Assembly (NCBI GenBank): GCA_016212705.1
Contig: JACREU010000070.1
Span: 72,390-136,389 of the forward strand
Source: Deltaproteobacteria bacterium
GTDB lineage: Bacteria > Desulfobacterota > GWC2-55-46
DNA length: 64,000 bases
Reading direction: 5' to 3'
Positions 1 through 9,765 of the stretch are shown one piece after another (positions within the stretch are counted from its first letter, which is position 1; each line of letters begins with the position of its first letter). The notes beneath the pieces are model-generated. The model made no database searches and was not told the origin of the DNA. It saw only the letters and a list, made by a program, of their open reading frames with translations. Position numbers and translations under genes: made by a program.

Positions 1-40
1 GAGACGGCCTAAAACCACATTCTGAAAGGTGTCAAGTACG

Positions 41-1051
41 ATGGTAAACGCGAAGATACTGGTAGTCGGTTGCGGCTCGATAGGCAGAAGGCACATAAAT
101 AACCTCAAGTCGCTCGGCATAACGAGGTTCGTCCTCTGCGACCCGAACGCGGAGATGCTCAGGAAGGCCTCGGCCGGAATAGAGGGCGCGGCGCTTGTTG
201 CGGACTTAAAGGCCGCCCTTAACGAGAGGCCGGACGCGGCGATCATCTGCACGCCGTCTTCCATGCACCTCGAAATGGCGAGAGAGCTTGTCTCAAGGGG
301 CGTACACTGCCTCATCGAGAAGCCCATCTCACACACGATAGACGGTTGCGAGGAGCTCGAGAGAATAGTCGAGGAAAAGGGCGTCGTCGCCATGATGGCG
401 ATGTGTTACAGGTTCCACCCGGCGTTCCAGCACATCAAGCGCCTGCTCGACGCCAACGCCATCGGCAGGGTATACCACGCCAACTACTACGGAGGGCATT
501 ATCTCCCGGACTGGCACCCGCTCTCCGACTACAGGAAGGAGTACGCGGCGAAAAAGTCGCTCGGCGGCGGGGTGGTGCTGACATCCATACACGGGCTCGA
601 CAATGTGCGCTGGCTCTTCGGCGAAGTAGTTCAAGCGCACGCGTTCGTGGACAAGGTGAGTTCACTCGAAATGGATGTCGAGGACCTCGCGCTCGGCGTC
701 TTCAGGATGGAAAACGGCTCTTACGTGAGCTGGCAGACGGACTTTCTCCAGAGGACTGGTCAGCACAGGCTCGTAATAGCCGGGGAGCTCGGCACCATAA
801 GGGCGAACATGTCCGATGGGGAGATCGAGATATTCCACGTGGATACTGGAAGATGGACATCCGAGAGGGTCCTCTTCGAGATAAACACCATGTACGTGAA
901 GGAGATGAAGGAGTTCCTCGAGTGCGTCCATAAGAAGACGAGGCCGCTCTTGAATATCTCTGAAGGCATAAAGACGCTCAGGCTCGCCGCAGGGCTCAAG
1001 GCATCAGGCGACAGGATGGCCCGTAAAGGGGAGCTATGCGCGACGGCGTGA
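41..1051 (+). CDS. Gfo/Idh/MocA family NAD(P)-dependent oxidoreductase
   Basis: N-terminal Rossmann motif VVGCGSIGRRH and the EKP motif typical of the family. ATG at 41 with GAAAGGTG upstream is preferred over GTG at 29. Confidence 0.75.
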   Translation: MVNAKILVVGCGSIGRRHINNLKSLGITRFVLCDPNAEMLRKASAGIEGAALVADLKAALNERPDAAIICTPSSMHLEMARELVSRGVHCLIEKPISHTIDGCEELERIVEEKGVVAMMAMCYRFHPAFQHIKRLLDANAIGRVYHANYYGGHYLPDWHPLSDYRKEYAAKKSLGGGVVLTSIHGLDNVRWLFGEVVQAHAFVDKVSSLEMDVEDLALGVFRMENGSYVSWQTDFLQRTGQHRLVIAGELGTIRANMSDGEIEIFHVDTGRWTSERVLFEINTMYVKEMKEFLECVHKKTRPLLNISEGIKTLRLAAGLKASGDRMARKGELCATA

Positions 1052-2040
1052 CCATCTGGACAGAGGGCGGGGCTTATATAGGCATGGGCCATCTGGTCAG
1101 GTGCATAAACGTCGCCTCCGCGCTCGACGCGCTCGGCGTCTCGGTCAGCTTTCTCGTAAACAGCGACAGGGCCGTTATTGAGAGGCTCGACGGCGCCGGG
1201 CTCACGCATAGCGCATGTCCGGCAGGCTGGGAGCGCACTGAGGGCATTGCGCACGGGATAGTGCTCATCGACACCAGAAAGGACGTCACAACGGTTATAT
1301 CAGCGCTCAAGCGTTCCGGAAAGAAGGTCGTTCTACTCGACAATACCGTATCGATTGGGGCTGACCTCGTGATAATCCCATCCGCGCTTTACAGGGAAAA
1401 GGCGGACAAAGTCAAGGGTGGAGGAGAATTCGTGATAGTGAACGAGAAGTTTCGCTCGCGCAGAGGCCCTGAGATAAGGCACGCGTTACCCTTGAAGGTG
1501 CTCGTCACAATGGGCGGCGCCGACCCGTTCAGGCTGACCGAGCTGGTATTGAAGTCGCTTAGCGACATGGAAGGGGTGGAGGTCACGACCGTCATCGGCC
1601 CGGCATTCAGCCCCGAGAGGGACCTTAAGGCCCTCGTCAAATGGCGTCCTGGTTTCAGGTTCGCTGAGGGTATAAGGGACCTGAGCCCGCTCATGGCCGC
1701 GTCCCACGTGGCGATTACCGCCGTAGGGACTACGATATACGAGCTCGCCTGCATGGGCGTGCCGTCTATCCTCATAGGCAACTACGAAAGCGACAAGGCC
1801 GACCTCAGGGGTTTCGAGCGGCTCGGGGCCTCAATAAGCCTCGGCCATTATAAGGACGCTACACCAGAGGCGATACAAAGTGCGGTTAAGAAGTTCCGGG
1901 ACGAGGCGTTCTGGAGGAAGGCGTCCGAAAGGGCGCTTAAGCTCGTCGACGGCAGGGGAGCCGAAAGGATAGCCTCTCTCATAGAGGGTTTCTGCAACGA
2001 AGGGCCGGCTACGAAAACGGAAGGCGTACAGCATGCATAA
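1036..2040 (+). CDS. PseG/SpsG-like UDP-sugar hydrolase (nonulosonic-acid pathway, GT28-like fold)
   Basis: N-terminus IWTEGGAYIGMGHLVRCINVA matches the PseG/SpsG family. C-terminal Rossmann half contains LVTMGGADP. Start overlaps the upstream gene by 16 nt. Confidence 0.55.
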   Translation: MRDGVTIWTEGGAYIGMGHLVRCINVASALDALGVSVSFLVNSDRAVIERLDGAGLTHSACPAGWERTEGIAHGIVLIDTRKDVTTVISALKRSGKKVVLLDNTVSIGADLVIIPSALYREKADKVKGGGEFVIVNEKFRSRRGPEIRHALPLKVLVTMGGADPFRLTELVLKSLSDMEGVEVTTVIGPAFSPERDLKALVKWRPGFRFAEGIRDLSPLMAASHVAITAVGTTIYELACMGVPSILIGNYESDKADLRGFERLGASISLGHYKDATPEAIQSAVKKFRDEAFWRKASERALKLVDGRGAERIASLIEGFCNEGPATKTEGVQHA

Positions 2041-2932
2041 CGGCAGGCTCATAGACAAGGCCAACGGGTACGGGATAATCGAGTGCGAGACGTGCGGGTT
2101 CATCCACACCGACCCGATCCCATCGACAGAGGAGCTGGAGCGGGTCTACAGGGACGAATATTACAAAGAGGAAAAACCGCTCTACATAGAACGCACCATA
2201 GAGGACCTCCGGTGGTGGGAGACCGTCTACGACGACCGCTACGAATTCCTGGAAAATGAGCTCAAGGAGGGCAGGAGGTCCATACTCGACGTCGGCTCAG
2301 GCCCCGGATATTTTCTGAAGCGCGGAATGAAAAGGGGATGGAAGGTCCTTGGCATAGAGCCCTCAAGACAGGCCTCGGCTCACGCGAGGACGCTCGGCGT
2401 CGAGGTTGAGAACGCCTTTCTCGACGCCCGGCTCACCGCCTCCATCGGAAAACGCTTCGACGCCGTCCATCTGTCAGAGGTCCTGGAACACGTGCCGGAC
2501 CCGGCGGAGATATTAAAGCTCGCGCACACGCTGCTTGAAGACAACGGCATAGTATGCTGTGTCGCCCCCAACGACTTCAGCCCAGTGCAGAAGACCCTCT
2601 CCGAGAGGCTCAATTATTCGCACTACTGGCTCGCGCCTCCACACCACATAAATTATTTCAATCACGCGACACTCTCGGCGCTCCTCAAGAGGTGCGGGTT
2701 CTCTGTCATCGGCTCCACCTCGATGTTCCCGATGGATTTCTTCCTCCTCATGGGCGACAACTACGTGGGGAACGACGAGGTCGGCAGGGCCAGCCACTTA
2801 AGGAGAAAGCGGCTCGACATAATGTTGAACGAGCCGGAACTCAGGGAATTCAAAAAAGAGATGTACGGGATAATGGCCAAGCACGGAATCGGCCGTGAGG
2901 CCGTAATATTCGGCAAGAAGGAGAATAGATGA
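2033..2932 (+). CDS. class I SAM-dependent methyltransferase with N-terminal Zn-ribbon
   Basis: CETCG Zn-ribbon near the N-terminus. Motif I LDVGSGPGYF and post-I motif DAVHLSEVLEHVPDP are present. Confidence 0.65.
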   Translation: MHNGRLIDKANGYGIIECETCGFIHTDPIPSTEELERVYRDEYYKEEKPLYIERTIEDLRWWETVYDDRYEFLENELKEGRRSILDVGSGPGYFLKRGMKRGWKVLGIEPSRQASAHARTLGVEVENAFLDARLTASIGKRFDAVHLSEVLEHVPDPAEILKLAHTLLEDNGIVCCVAPNDFSPVQKTLSERLNYSHYWLAPPHHINYFNHATLSALLKRCGFSVIGSTSMFPMDFFLLMGDNYVGNDEVGRASHLRRKRLDIMLNEPELREFKKEMYGIMAKHGIGREAVIFGKKENR

Positions 2933-4194
2933 TGGCAGGAAAGACGCTCGTAATGCTCCCGGAATCCTACCCCGTAGCCAGACTCCTTTGCGAGTACGTC
3001 TTCAGTGAGGAGTCTTCGCGCCCCGACCTCCTGATACTCAGGAAGCAGAGGCCCGGCTTCGAGAGGATAATATCGGAGTTCGCCTTCGGGAAGGTACATG
3101 AGATAGACGAGGAGTACTACGGGAGGGTCACGAAGCCGGAGTCGGCGGGGTTTCTCCGCGAGATGATGAGGTCGCCGTATGACGTCGCCTTCTTTCCCTT
3201 CAACACGTTCAGGGCCAACGCCTTCCTCTTCGGGTCTTTGCTCGCTAAAGAGGTGCGGGCCGTGAATTCATCGCTCTATCATAGAAAGAAACTCCCGGTG
3301 GTGAGCTTCAGTCTCGGCGAGGAGAGGAGGCTACCCGCGAACACCCCCTGGGCCCCGATAATGGACGAGGTCCTCCGGACCAAGGACAGGATAGTAGATA
3401 TCCTCAAGGAGAAAGGCGACAGGTTCGAGGTCTCCGGCGAGAGGCCGACCTTCGGCATACTCCACGGCTTTGCGCACGATCTTGAGATTTTCTGCAAGTA
3501 CGCGCTTGGCGCGCTCTACGCTAAGGATAAGCGCGTGCTCGACATAGGCGGCGGGCTCGGCTTCGGGTCGTTCCTCCTGTCGCGCTTTGCGGACAAGGCA
3601 TTTTTCGTCGATAGGTCCAAAGACGCCGTTCGGTTCGTCGAGGAGATGTGGGTGGAGAGCGCCCCTAACATCGTCCCCATCTGCGGGGACGCCGACGCGA
3701 TCGATAACGGCAAGGGCTCGTTCGACTGCATATTCCTGATGGACGTCCTGGAGCACGTCCCGGACCCGCTCGGCCTTTTAAACAAGGCTCGGAGGCTCCT
3801 TAAAAATGACGGCACGCTGATCGTTACGACCCCGGAGGAGGACTACTACCCCTACAGCGTCTGCCCGCCGGAGCGCTGGAGCGATCCGGAGGAGAAGCTA
3901 ATAGACGAGGCCATATGGCCGTGGCACATACAGGCGCTGGGCGAGGAGAGGCTCCTGCCGCTCCTTAAGGCCGCGTCTTTCGAGGTGGCCGAGAAGAGTT
4001 ACACGACGTATCTCAAGGGCTACGAATTCAGCGGCGACCTGAAAGAGGCGAGGGCGCGCGGCGACGTGGATTCGGTCATAGGGTCTCTGAACGATCTTAC
4101 CAAATGGGACATCCGCGACTTCGGCCTAACGTACGAGCGCGACCCGTACTTCTCAGCCGCCTCCTACAATATCGTCGCAAGAAAGGCGGCCTGA
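2929..4194 (+). CDS. two-domain protein: unknown N-terminal domain + class I SAM methyltransferase
   Basis: C-terminal half carries VLDIGGGLGFGSF and DCIFLMDVLEHVPDP. The N-terminal ~190 aa has no recognisable motif. Start overlaps the upstream stop. Confidence 0.5.
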   Translation: MMAGKTLVMLPESYPVARLLCEYVFSEESSRPDLLILRKQRPGFERIISEFAFGKVHEIDEEYYGRVTKPESAGFLREMMRSPYDVAFFPFNTFRANAFLFGSLLAKEVRAVNSSLYHRKKLPVVSFSLGEERRLPANTPWAPIMDEVLRTKDRIVDILKEKGDRFEVSGERPTFGILHGFAHDLEIFCKYALGALYAKDKRVLDIGGGLGFGSFLLSRFADKAFFVDRSKDAVRFVEEMWVESAPNIVPICGDADAIDNGKGSFDCIFLMDVLEHVPDPLGLLNKARRLLKNDGTLIVTTPEEDYYPYSVCPPERWSDPEEKLIDEAIWPWHIQALGEERLLPLLKAASFEVAEKSYTTYLKGYEFSGDLKEARARGDVDSVIGSLNDLTKWDIRDFGLTYERDPYFSAASYNIVARKAA

Positions 4195-4195
4195 G

Positions 4196-5290
4196 GTGAC
4201 AAGGACCAGGGCCGCGATACTGGAATCCAGGAACGCCCCTCTGAGCGTCCGGGAGGTCTCTCTATCGGAGCCAATGGAGAGGGAGGTCCTCGTGAAGATG
4301 GAGATGGCGGGTCTTTGCAGGAGCGACCTCAACGCGATAGTCGGCCACACACGCTACGACATGCCGCTTGTCCTCGGCCACGAGGGCGCGGGGACCGTCG
4401 TCCGCACAGGCAAGGGCGTCACGTCACTTAAAGAGGGCGACCGCGTCGTTTTGAGCTGGGCCGCCTTCTGCGGAGACTGCTTCTTCTGCAAAAAAGGGCT
4501 CAACCACCAGTGCCATACCGTCGCCTGGCCCCGCGGCAAGGGCCTCCTTCCGGACTGGACGACACGTTTCAGCGAAGGAGATAATCCCATATTCCACTTC
4601 AACGGGGTCTCGTCATTCAGCGAATACACGGTCGTCTACGAGACCGGGTGCGTGAAGGTCGATGACGGCATACCCTTCGAAGTGGCATCCGTCGTCGGCT
4701 GTTCGGTCGTGACAGGCATAGGGGCGGTATATAATACCGCGAATGTGGAGGAAGGCTCGACAACGCTCGTCGTAGGCGGAGGCAACGTAGGCATGTCCGT
4801 CATCCAGGCCCTTAAGATAAAGGGCGCCGCGCTGATCATAGCAGTCGACCCGAAGGCGGAGAAGCATACGGCGATAAAAGACGCGGGCGCGGATATCGTA
4901 CTCTCGGATATTTCAATTGATGAAATAAGGAAGGCGACCGGGGGCTTCGGCGTCGATTACGCCTTTGACGGGGCAGCGACGGAGGAGACGCTGAACGCCT
5001 CTTTGGCCGCTGTAAGGAGGGCAGGGACCGTCGTCATGGTCGGCTCCCCGCACCCGCTCGCGAAGTACTCGGTCCAGCCGATAGAGTTCCACCTTGAGAA
5101 GAAGATCATAGGCTCGCTCTACGGGTCTTCAAACCCGGTGCGCGACATACCGAGGCTACTTGAGTTCTACAGGCAGGGGAGGCTCAAACTCGACGGCTTT
5201 ACCGCTGGCAGTTACCGGCTTGAGGAAATAAACGCCGCCATAAAGGCGCTTGAGAACAACGGCGGCAAATATACCATCACATTCAATTAA
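4196..5290 (+). CDS. Zn-dependent alcohol dehydrogenase (MDR family)
   Basis: GLCRSDL and GHEGAGTVV zinc-ligand motifs, plus a GGGNVG NAD-binding motif. GTG start. Confidence 0.75.
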   Translation: MTRTRAAILESRNAPLSVREVSLSEPMEREVLVKMEMAGLCRSDLNAIVGHTRYDMPLVLGHEGAGTVVRTGKGVTSLKEGDRVVLSWAAFCGDCFFCKKGLNHQCHTVAWPRGKGLLPDWTTRFSEGDNPIFHFNGVSSFSEYTVVYETGCVKVDDGIPFEVASVVGCSVVTGIGAVYNTANVEEGSTTLVVGGGNVGMSVIQALKIKGAALIIAVDPKAEKHTAIKDAGADIVLSDISIDEIRKATGGFGVDYAFDGAATEETLNASLAAVRRAGTVVMVGSPHPLAKYSVQPIEFHLEKKIIGSLYGSSNPVRDIPRLLEFYRQGRLKLDGFTAGSYRLEEINAAIKALENNGGKYTITFN

Positions 5291-5302
5291 CCTAAGGAGG
5301 GT

Positions 5303-5995
5303 TTGATGAACATCTTTCTGGACACCGCTAACATAGAGGAGATAAAAAAGGCTAAGAGGTGGGGGGTGCTGAAGGGGCTCACGACGAACCCATCGATTGT
5401 AGCGAGGGAAGGGAAGGACTTCGTCAAACTCGCCAAGGAGCTCTGCGATCTCGTTCACCCGTACCCTGTAAGCCTTGAGGTCGTCGACAGGACCGGCGAG
5501 GGGATGGCCGAGCAGGCCCGCACGATTTCCGAGCTCGGCAGGAACGTCGTCGTGAAGCTACCTGCGAACCCCGAAGGCCTCGCGGCCTTGAACCTCCTTA
5601 AGGGCGAGAACATAAAGACGAACCTGACGCTCGTATTCTCGACGTCCCAGGCGCTCCTCGCGATGAGCGCGGGTGCAACGTACGTAAGCCCATTTATCGG
5701 CAGGCTTGAGGACAGGGGCTACGAGGGTATAGGGCTTGTCCGCGACATCATGCACATACATAACGCCTATAAGTTCAAGACCGAGATCATAGCGGCGTCG
5801 ATACGCGACCCGCACCAGGTTATCGAGGCCGCGAAGACCGGCGCGCACATCATCACGATGCCGTTCGCTGTCCTTGAAAAGATGCTCCTTAACACCATGA
5901 CGGACACGGACCTCGAAAAATTCCTCTCCGACTGGGAAAAGGTCCCCGGCAGGGGAGAGGCCTTCTCAAGAAGGAGGGTCGAAAACGTTGGCTAA
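5303..5995 (+). CDS. fructose-6-phosphate aldolase / transaldolase type 3B (Fsa/TalC)
   Basis: MNIFLDTANIEEIKK...GLTTNPSIV is the hallmark of the Fsa/TalC subfamily. Length ~230 aa. AGGAGG RBS upstream. Confidence 0.8.
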   Translation: MMNIFLDTANIEEIKKAKRWGVLKGLTTNPSIVAREGKDFVKLAKELCDLVHPYPVSLEVVDRTGEGMAEQARTISELGRNVVVKLPANPEGLAALNLLKGENIKTNLTLVFSTSQALLAMSAGATYVSPFIGRLEDRGYEGIGLVRDIMHIHNAYKFKTEIIAASIRDPHQVIEAAKTGAHIITMPFAVLEKMLLNTMTDTDLEKFLSDWEKVPGRGEAFSRRRVENVG

Positions 5996-7022
5996 CCGAT
6001 TCAAGGCGGCCTTGTTCAAAGGCCCCGGAGAGCTTGAGGTAAGGGAGGTGTCCGCGCCGGAGTTGAACCCCGGAGAGGTCCTCGTAAGGGTGCGCGCATG
6101 CGGCATCTGCGGGAGCGACTTGAACATCTTCAGGAGAGACCCGCCCATCCCGAAGTACTGGGGCGGGCACGAGATAAGCGGAGAGGTTGCGGCGATCGGG
6201 CCTGGCGTCGAGGGGCTGAACGCGGGAGAGCGCGTGAGTGTCGCGCCGCTTATCCCGTGCGGCAAATGCGAGTTATGCAGGGCAGGGCTTGAAAACATCT
6301 GCCCGGACTGCGTATTCATAAGCTTCAACGCGCGCGGCGGCTTTTCCGAGTTCGTCGTGGCGCCCCGGGAGAACATATACAGGCTACCCGATAAAATGGG
6401 TTTTGACGAGGCGGTCTTATTGGAGCCGCTCGCCGACGTCCTGCACTCTTTTAAGAGGGCAGGCGATATTGCCGGGAAAATGATAGTCGTAGTCGGTTGC
6501 GGCACCATAGGGCTTTTGACCGTCGTTGCGGCAAAGGCGCTCGGCGCGCAAAAAATAGTAGCCATCGGCAAGTACGGCCACCAGAGGAGGCTTGCGACCA
6601 TGCTCGGGGCAGACGCGGCCCTCGGTTCAACCGACGCCGGAATTGAGAGGCTTGTTATTGAGGCGCTCAAAGGCGCGAAGGCCGACCTTGTATTCGAGAC
6701 CGTCGGCGGCTACGAGAGCGAATCGATTGCGCAGTCTTTGAATATCCTCAGGCCAGGCGGTACGCTCATGCTCTCGGGCGTACACTACAAGACGCCAAAC
6801 ATGAACCTTAAGTTCCTGACCGAGAGGGAGATAGAGATAAAGGGGACGCAGAGGTACAGGAGGGAGGACTACGCCTCTGCCATAGACCTCTATGCGAAGG
6901 GCGCGATAAACGGTTCACTCCTCGTCACCCACAGGGTGAGCCTTGAAGAAATTATGAAAGGATATTCCATCGCGTTCGACAAGGACGCTAACAGCGCGGT
7001 AAAGGTGGTCGTATGCCCGTAA
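5988..7022 (+). CDS. Zn-dependent alcohol/polyol dehydrogenase (sorbitol/threonine DH-like)
   Basis: ACGICGSDLNIF and GHEISGEV motifs; VVGCGTIG Rossmann motif. Likely TTG start. Confidence 0.7.
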   Translation: MANRFKAALFKGPGELEVREVSAPELNPGEVLVRVRACGICGSDLNIFRRDPPIPKYWGGHEISGEVAAIGPGVEGLNAGERVSVAPLIPCGKCELCRAGLENICPDCVFISFNARGGFSEFVVAPRENIYRLPDKMGFDEAVLLEPLADVLHSFKRAGDIAGKMIVVVGCGTIGLLTVVAAKALGAQKIVAIGKYGHQRRLATMLGADAALGSTDAGIERLVIEALKGAKADLVFETVGGYESESIAQSLNILRPGGTLMLSGVHYKTPNMNLKFLTEREIEIKGTQRYRREDYASAIDLYAKGAINGSLLVTHRVSLEEIMKGYSIAFDKDANSAVKVVVCP

Positions 7023-8242
7023 AAGGTAAGACGATTCTCATCATCTCAGGCGGCGTGGAGGCTGTCCCTATAATTGAGAGGGCAAAGGCCTTGGGGCTTA
7101 AGGTCGCGGTCTCGGACGGCAACCCGGACGCACCGGGCTTCAGGTTGGCTGACTTTAAGATCATCGCAAGCACGTATGACGAAAAGAAGACGGCGGAACT
7201 CGCTTTCGAGCTGAACGAGGCCGAGAGGATAGACGGCGTCATGGCCGCGGCGGCGGATGTGCCTTTGACGGTCGCCGCTGTCGCCGAAAGGTTAAAACTA
7301 CCCGGCATAAGCGTAAATTCGGCCAGGATAGTGGCGGATAAGCTCCTTATGAAGGAGACCTTTTCCGCCTCAGGGGTCCCGGTGCCGTGGTTCTCGCAGG
7401 TGAGGAGCGCGGTACACCTTGAAAAATTATTGTGGGAGAAAAAGACGCTTGTTATAAAGCCGGTGGACAGCAGAGGCGCAAGGGGTGTTGTCCGCCTCGT
7501 CGAGGGCGTCGACATCGCCTGGGCGTTTGACGAGGCTATGAAAAACTCGCCTTCCTGCAGAGTCATGGCCGAGGAGTGGGTGAACGGAAGGCAGATAAGC
7601 ACCGAATCCATTATAACACCCGATGGAGTAATAACCCCGGGGCTCTCCGACAGGAACTACGAACAGCTTGAGCGGTTCGCGCCTTTCGTAATAGAGGACG
7701 GCGGTGACCTCCCCGCGATTTTAACCGTGGATGAGAGGGCAGGGATAGACCGGATAATAGGAAAGGTCGCTCGCGCCATAGGCATGAAGAGCGGGACGAT
7801 AAAGGGCGATATAGTGATAGGGGAGTCCGGCCCCGTCGTCATAGAGGTCGCGGCGCGCTTAAGCGGCGGGTATTTTTGCAGTCACACGATACCGCTCTCA
7901 ACGGGCACGGACTTTGTCGGGGCCGCGATACTGCTGGCCCTTGGCGAGGAGATAGGGTTGAACGATTTCAGGCCGAAGGCCGCGAAGGCCGTCTGCCAGA
8001 GGTTCCTTTTTCCTGAGCCGGGAATAGTAAGAAAGGTATACGTCCCGGAGATGCAGGAGGAATCGCTTGCCATGCTCAAGGTCTATGTGAAGGTGGGCGA
8101 CGAGGTAAAGAGGATCACGAGCCACCCGTGCAGGGCGGGCATGGCGGTCACGACCGGAGATACGCGCGAAGGGGCGAGGGCCGCCATAAAGAGGGTCTTC
8201 GACAGGGTTACTGTCGTTGTAGAGCCCGGGATACCTGTTTGA
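7013..8242 (+). CDS. ATP-grasp domain enzyme
   Basis: Pre-ATP-grasp Rossmann N-terminus. Central KPVDSRGARGV region and EEWVNGRQISTESI match carboxylate-amine ligase family topology. Confidence 0.6.
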   Translation: MPVKGKTILIISGGVEAVPIIERAKALGLKVAVSDGNPDAPGFRLADFKIIASTYDEKKTAELAFELNEAERIDGVMAAAADVPLTVAAVAERLKLPGISVNSARIVADKLLMKETFSASGVPVPWFSQVRSAVHLEKLLWEKKTLVIKPVDSRGARGVVRLVEGVDIAWAFDEAMKNSPSCRVMAEEWVNGRQISTESIITPDGVITPGLSDRNYEQLERFAPFVIEDGGDLPAILTVDERAGIDRIIGKVARAIGMKSGTIKGDIVIGESGPVVIEVAARLSGGYFCSHTIPLSTGTDFVGAAILLALGEEIGLNDFRPKAAKAVCQRFLFPEPGIVRKVYVPEMQEESLAMLKVYVKVGDEVKRITSHPCRAGMAVTTGDTREGARAAIKRVFDRVTVVVEPGIPV

Positions 8243-8259
8243 ATGGAGAGGGGACCAAG

Positions 8260-9765
8260 ATGAAAAAGATACTTCTCGTCCAGCCTAACATGAGGGTCGC
8301 CACCTCCGGGCAAAGGATTGTTTATCCGCCGATCGGCATCATGTACCTCGCATCTGTCCTTGAGAAAAAAGGCTACGAGGTAGAGATACTCGACTGCCAG
8401 ACCGAGGGGTTGGATAAGGGCGCGGAGGTCATAGACGGATACGTGGAAGTCGGCATCCCAATTGACGAGATAGCCGGGAGGATAACGGCCTCAAGGCCGG
8501 ACCTCGTCGGCATTACCTGCAACTTTTCGGTCATGGTCCCGCACATGATGGAGGCGTCGCGGCTTGTTAAAAAGCTCTTTCCCTCAGTGCCGGTCGTCGC
8601 AGGGGGCAACCACCCGACGTCGCTTCCGGAAGAGGTGATGGGAGAGGGTTCAATCGACTACGTCATCATGGGCGAGGGCGAGGTCTCGTTCCCCATGCTG
8701 ATAGAGGCGATCGTGGAAGGCAAGGGCTTCGAGTCCGTCCCAGGCCTCGTCTGGAGGAGGGACGGGGCGATTATAAAAAACAAGATGGGCGCCTTAATAC
8801 ACGACCTCGACAGCCTTCCGTATCCGGCGTGGCACCTCTTCCCTTATGAGAAGTACAGCAGACACTACAAGCCCCGCGCAGTCACCTGGGGGGAGGCGCA
8901 GGCTATGCCTTCGGTCCTGACGACCCGGGGGTGCGCCGGAGGGTGCGTCTTCTGCTCGGTCCACAAGACCATGGGGAGCAAGTTCAGGGCGAGGAATCTC
9001 GACGACGTCTTCAAGGAGATACGCTTCCTTGTGGATACCTATAAGATAAAGAAGCTCATGATAATCGACGACAACTTCACGCACAACAAGAACCGGGCCA
9101 AGGAGTTCTGCGACGAGTTCAAGAAACAGGGGCTCGATATTGAATTGCACTTCATGGTGCTCGCGCTCTGGTGCATGGACGAGGAGTTGATCGACAAGCT
9201 CAAATCCATCGGGTGCGCCTCGATGGGCTTTGCTATCGAGTCAGGCGTGCAGGACATACTCACTAATGTCGTAAAGAAGCCCCTGAAGCTCGTCCGCGCG
9301 ATGGAACTCCTGAAATACGCGCGCTCTCAAGGCATACACCTTACAGGGACTTTTGTAATAGGTTTTCCGGGCGAGACGAAGTTGGACATAAGGAGGAGCC
9401 TGTACATGGCGAACTACTCGGGGCTTTTTGACAGCAGGGAGATATACATTGCCACACCGCTCCCCGGCTCCGCGCTCTTCGAGCAGTGCGTGCGGGAAGG
9501 GCTCCTCGCCGAAGGCTTTTCGTACTCGAAGGTCGAGGTAGTAAAGCCGAATATAAAGACAAAGGACTTTTCTCCGGACTTCATAACGACGATACTTGAG
9601 GCCGACAGGACGCACCACCTCATAAAGACCAATCCCAGGAGGACGCTGAGGCTCGTAAGGGACGTCTGGAGGAGGAGGCGCGAGCACTTCCTGCCCGTCT
9701 TATACGAGACCTCGAAGATGTTCGTCAAATACGACTTTCTGAGACTCAGGGAGGAGTACCCTTGA
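8260..9765 (+). CDS. B12-binding domain radical SAM protein
   Basis: N-terminal cobalamin-binding fold (KILLVQPN...GIMYLASVL). CxxxCxxC motif RGCAGGCVFCSV. ATG at 8260 with GGAGAGGGG RBS; the longer ORF from 8128 is rejected. Confidence 0.75.
   Translation: MKKILLVQPNMRVATSGQRIVYPPIGIMYLASVLEKKGYEVEILDCQTEGLDKGAEVIDGYVEVGIPIDEIAGRITASRPDLVGITCNFSVMVPHMMEASRLVKKLFPSVPVVAGGNHPTSLPEEVMGEGSIDYVIMGEGEVSFPMLIEAIVEGKGFESVPGLVWRRDGAIIKNKMGALIHDLDSLPYPAWHLFPYEKYSRHYKPRAVTWGEAQAMPSVLTTRGCAGGCVFCSVHKTMGSKFRARNLDDVFKEIRFLVDTYKIKKLMIIDDNFTHNKNRAKEFCDEFKKQGLDIELHFMVLALWCMDEELIDKLKSIGCASMGFAIESGVQDILTNVVKKPLKLVRAMELLKYARSQGIHLTGTFVIGFPGETKLDIRRSLYMANYSGLFDSREIYIATPLPGSALFEQCVREGLLAEGFSYSKVEVVKPNIKTKDFSPDFITTILEADRTHHLIKTNPRRTLRLVRDVWRRRREHFLPVLYETSKMFVKYDFLRLREEYP

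Noticed and set aside
329-1254. Multiple overlapping alternative-frame ORFs (for example 346-933 +, 435-665 -, 662-931 -, 760-1254 -)
   Set aside because: R/P/A-rich translations typical of off-frame reading of GC-rich coding DNA. They are fully nested in a well-supported oxidoreductase gene.
8128-8259. N-terminal extension of the radical SAM ORF (MQGGHGGHDRRYARRG...)
   Set aside because: R/G-rich and overlaps the ATP-grasp gene. A strong RBS and conserved MKKILLVQPN start at 8260.
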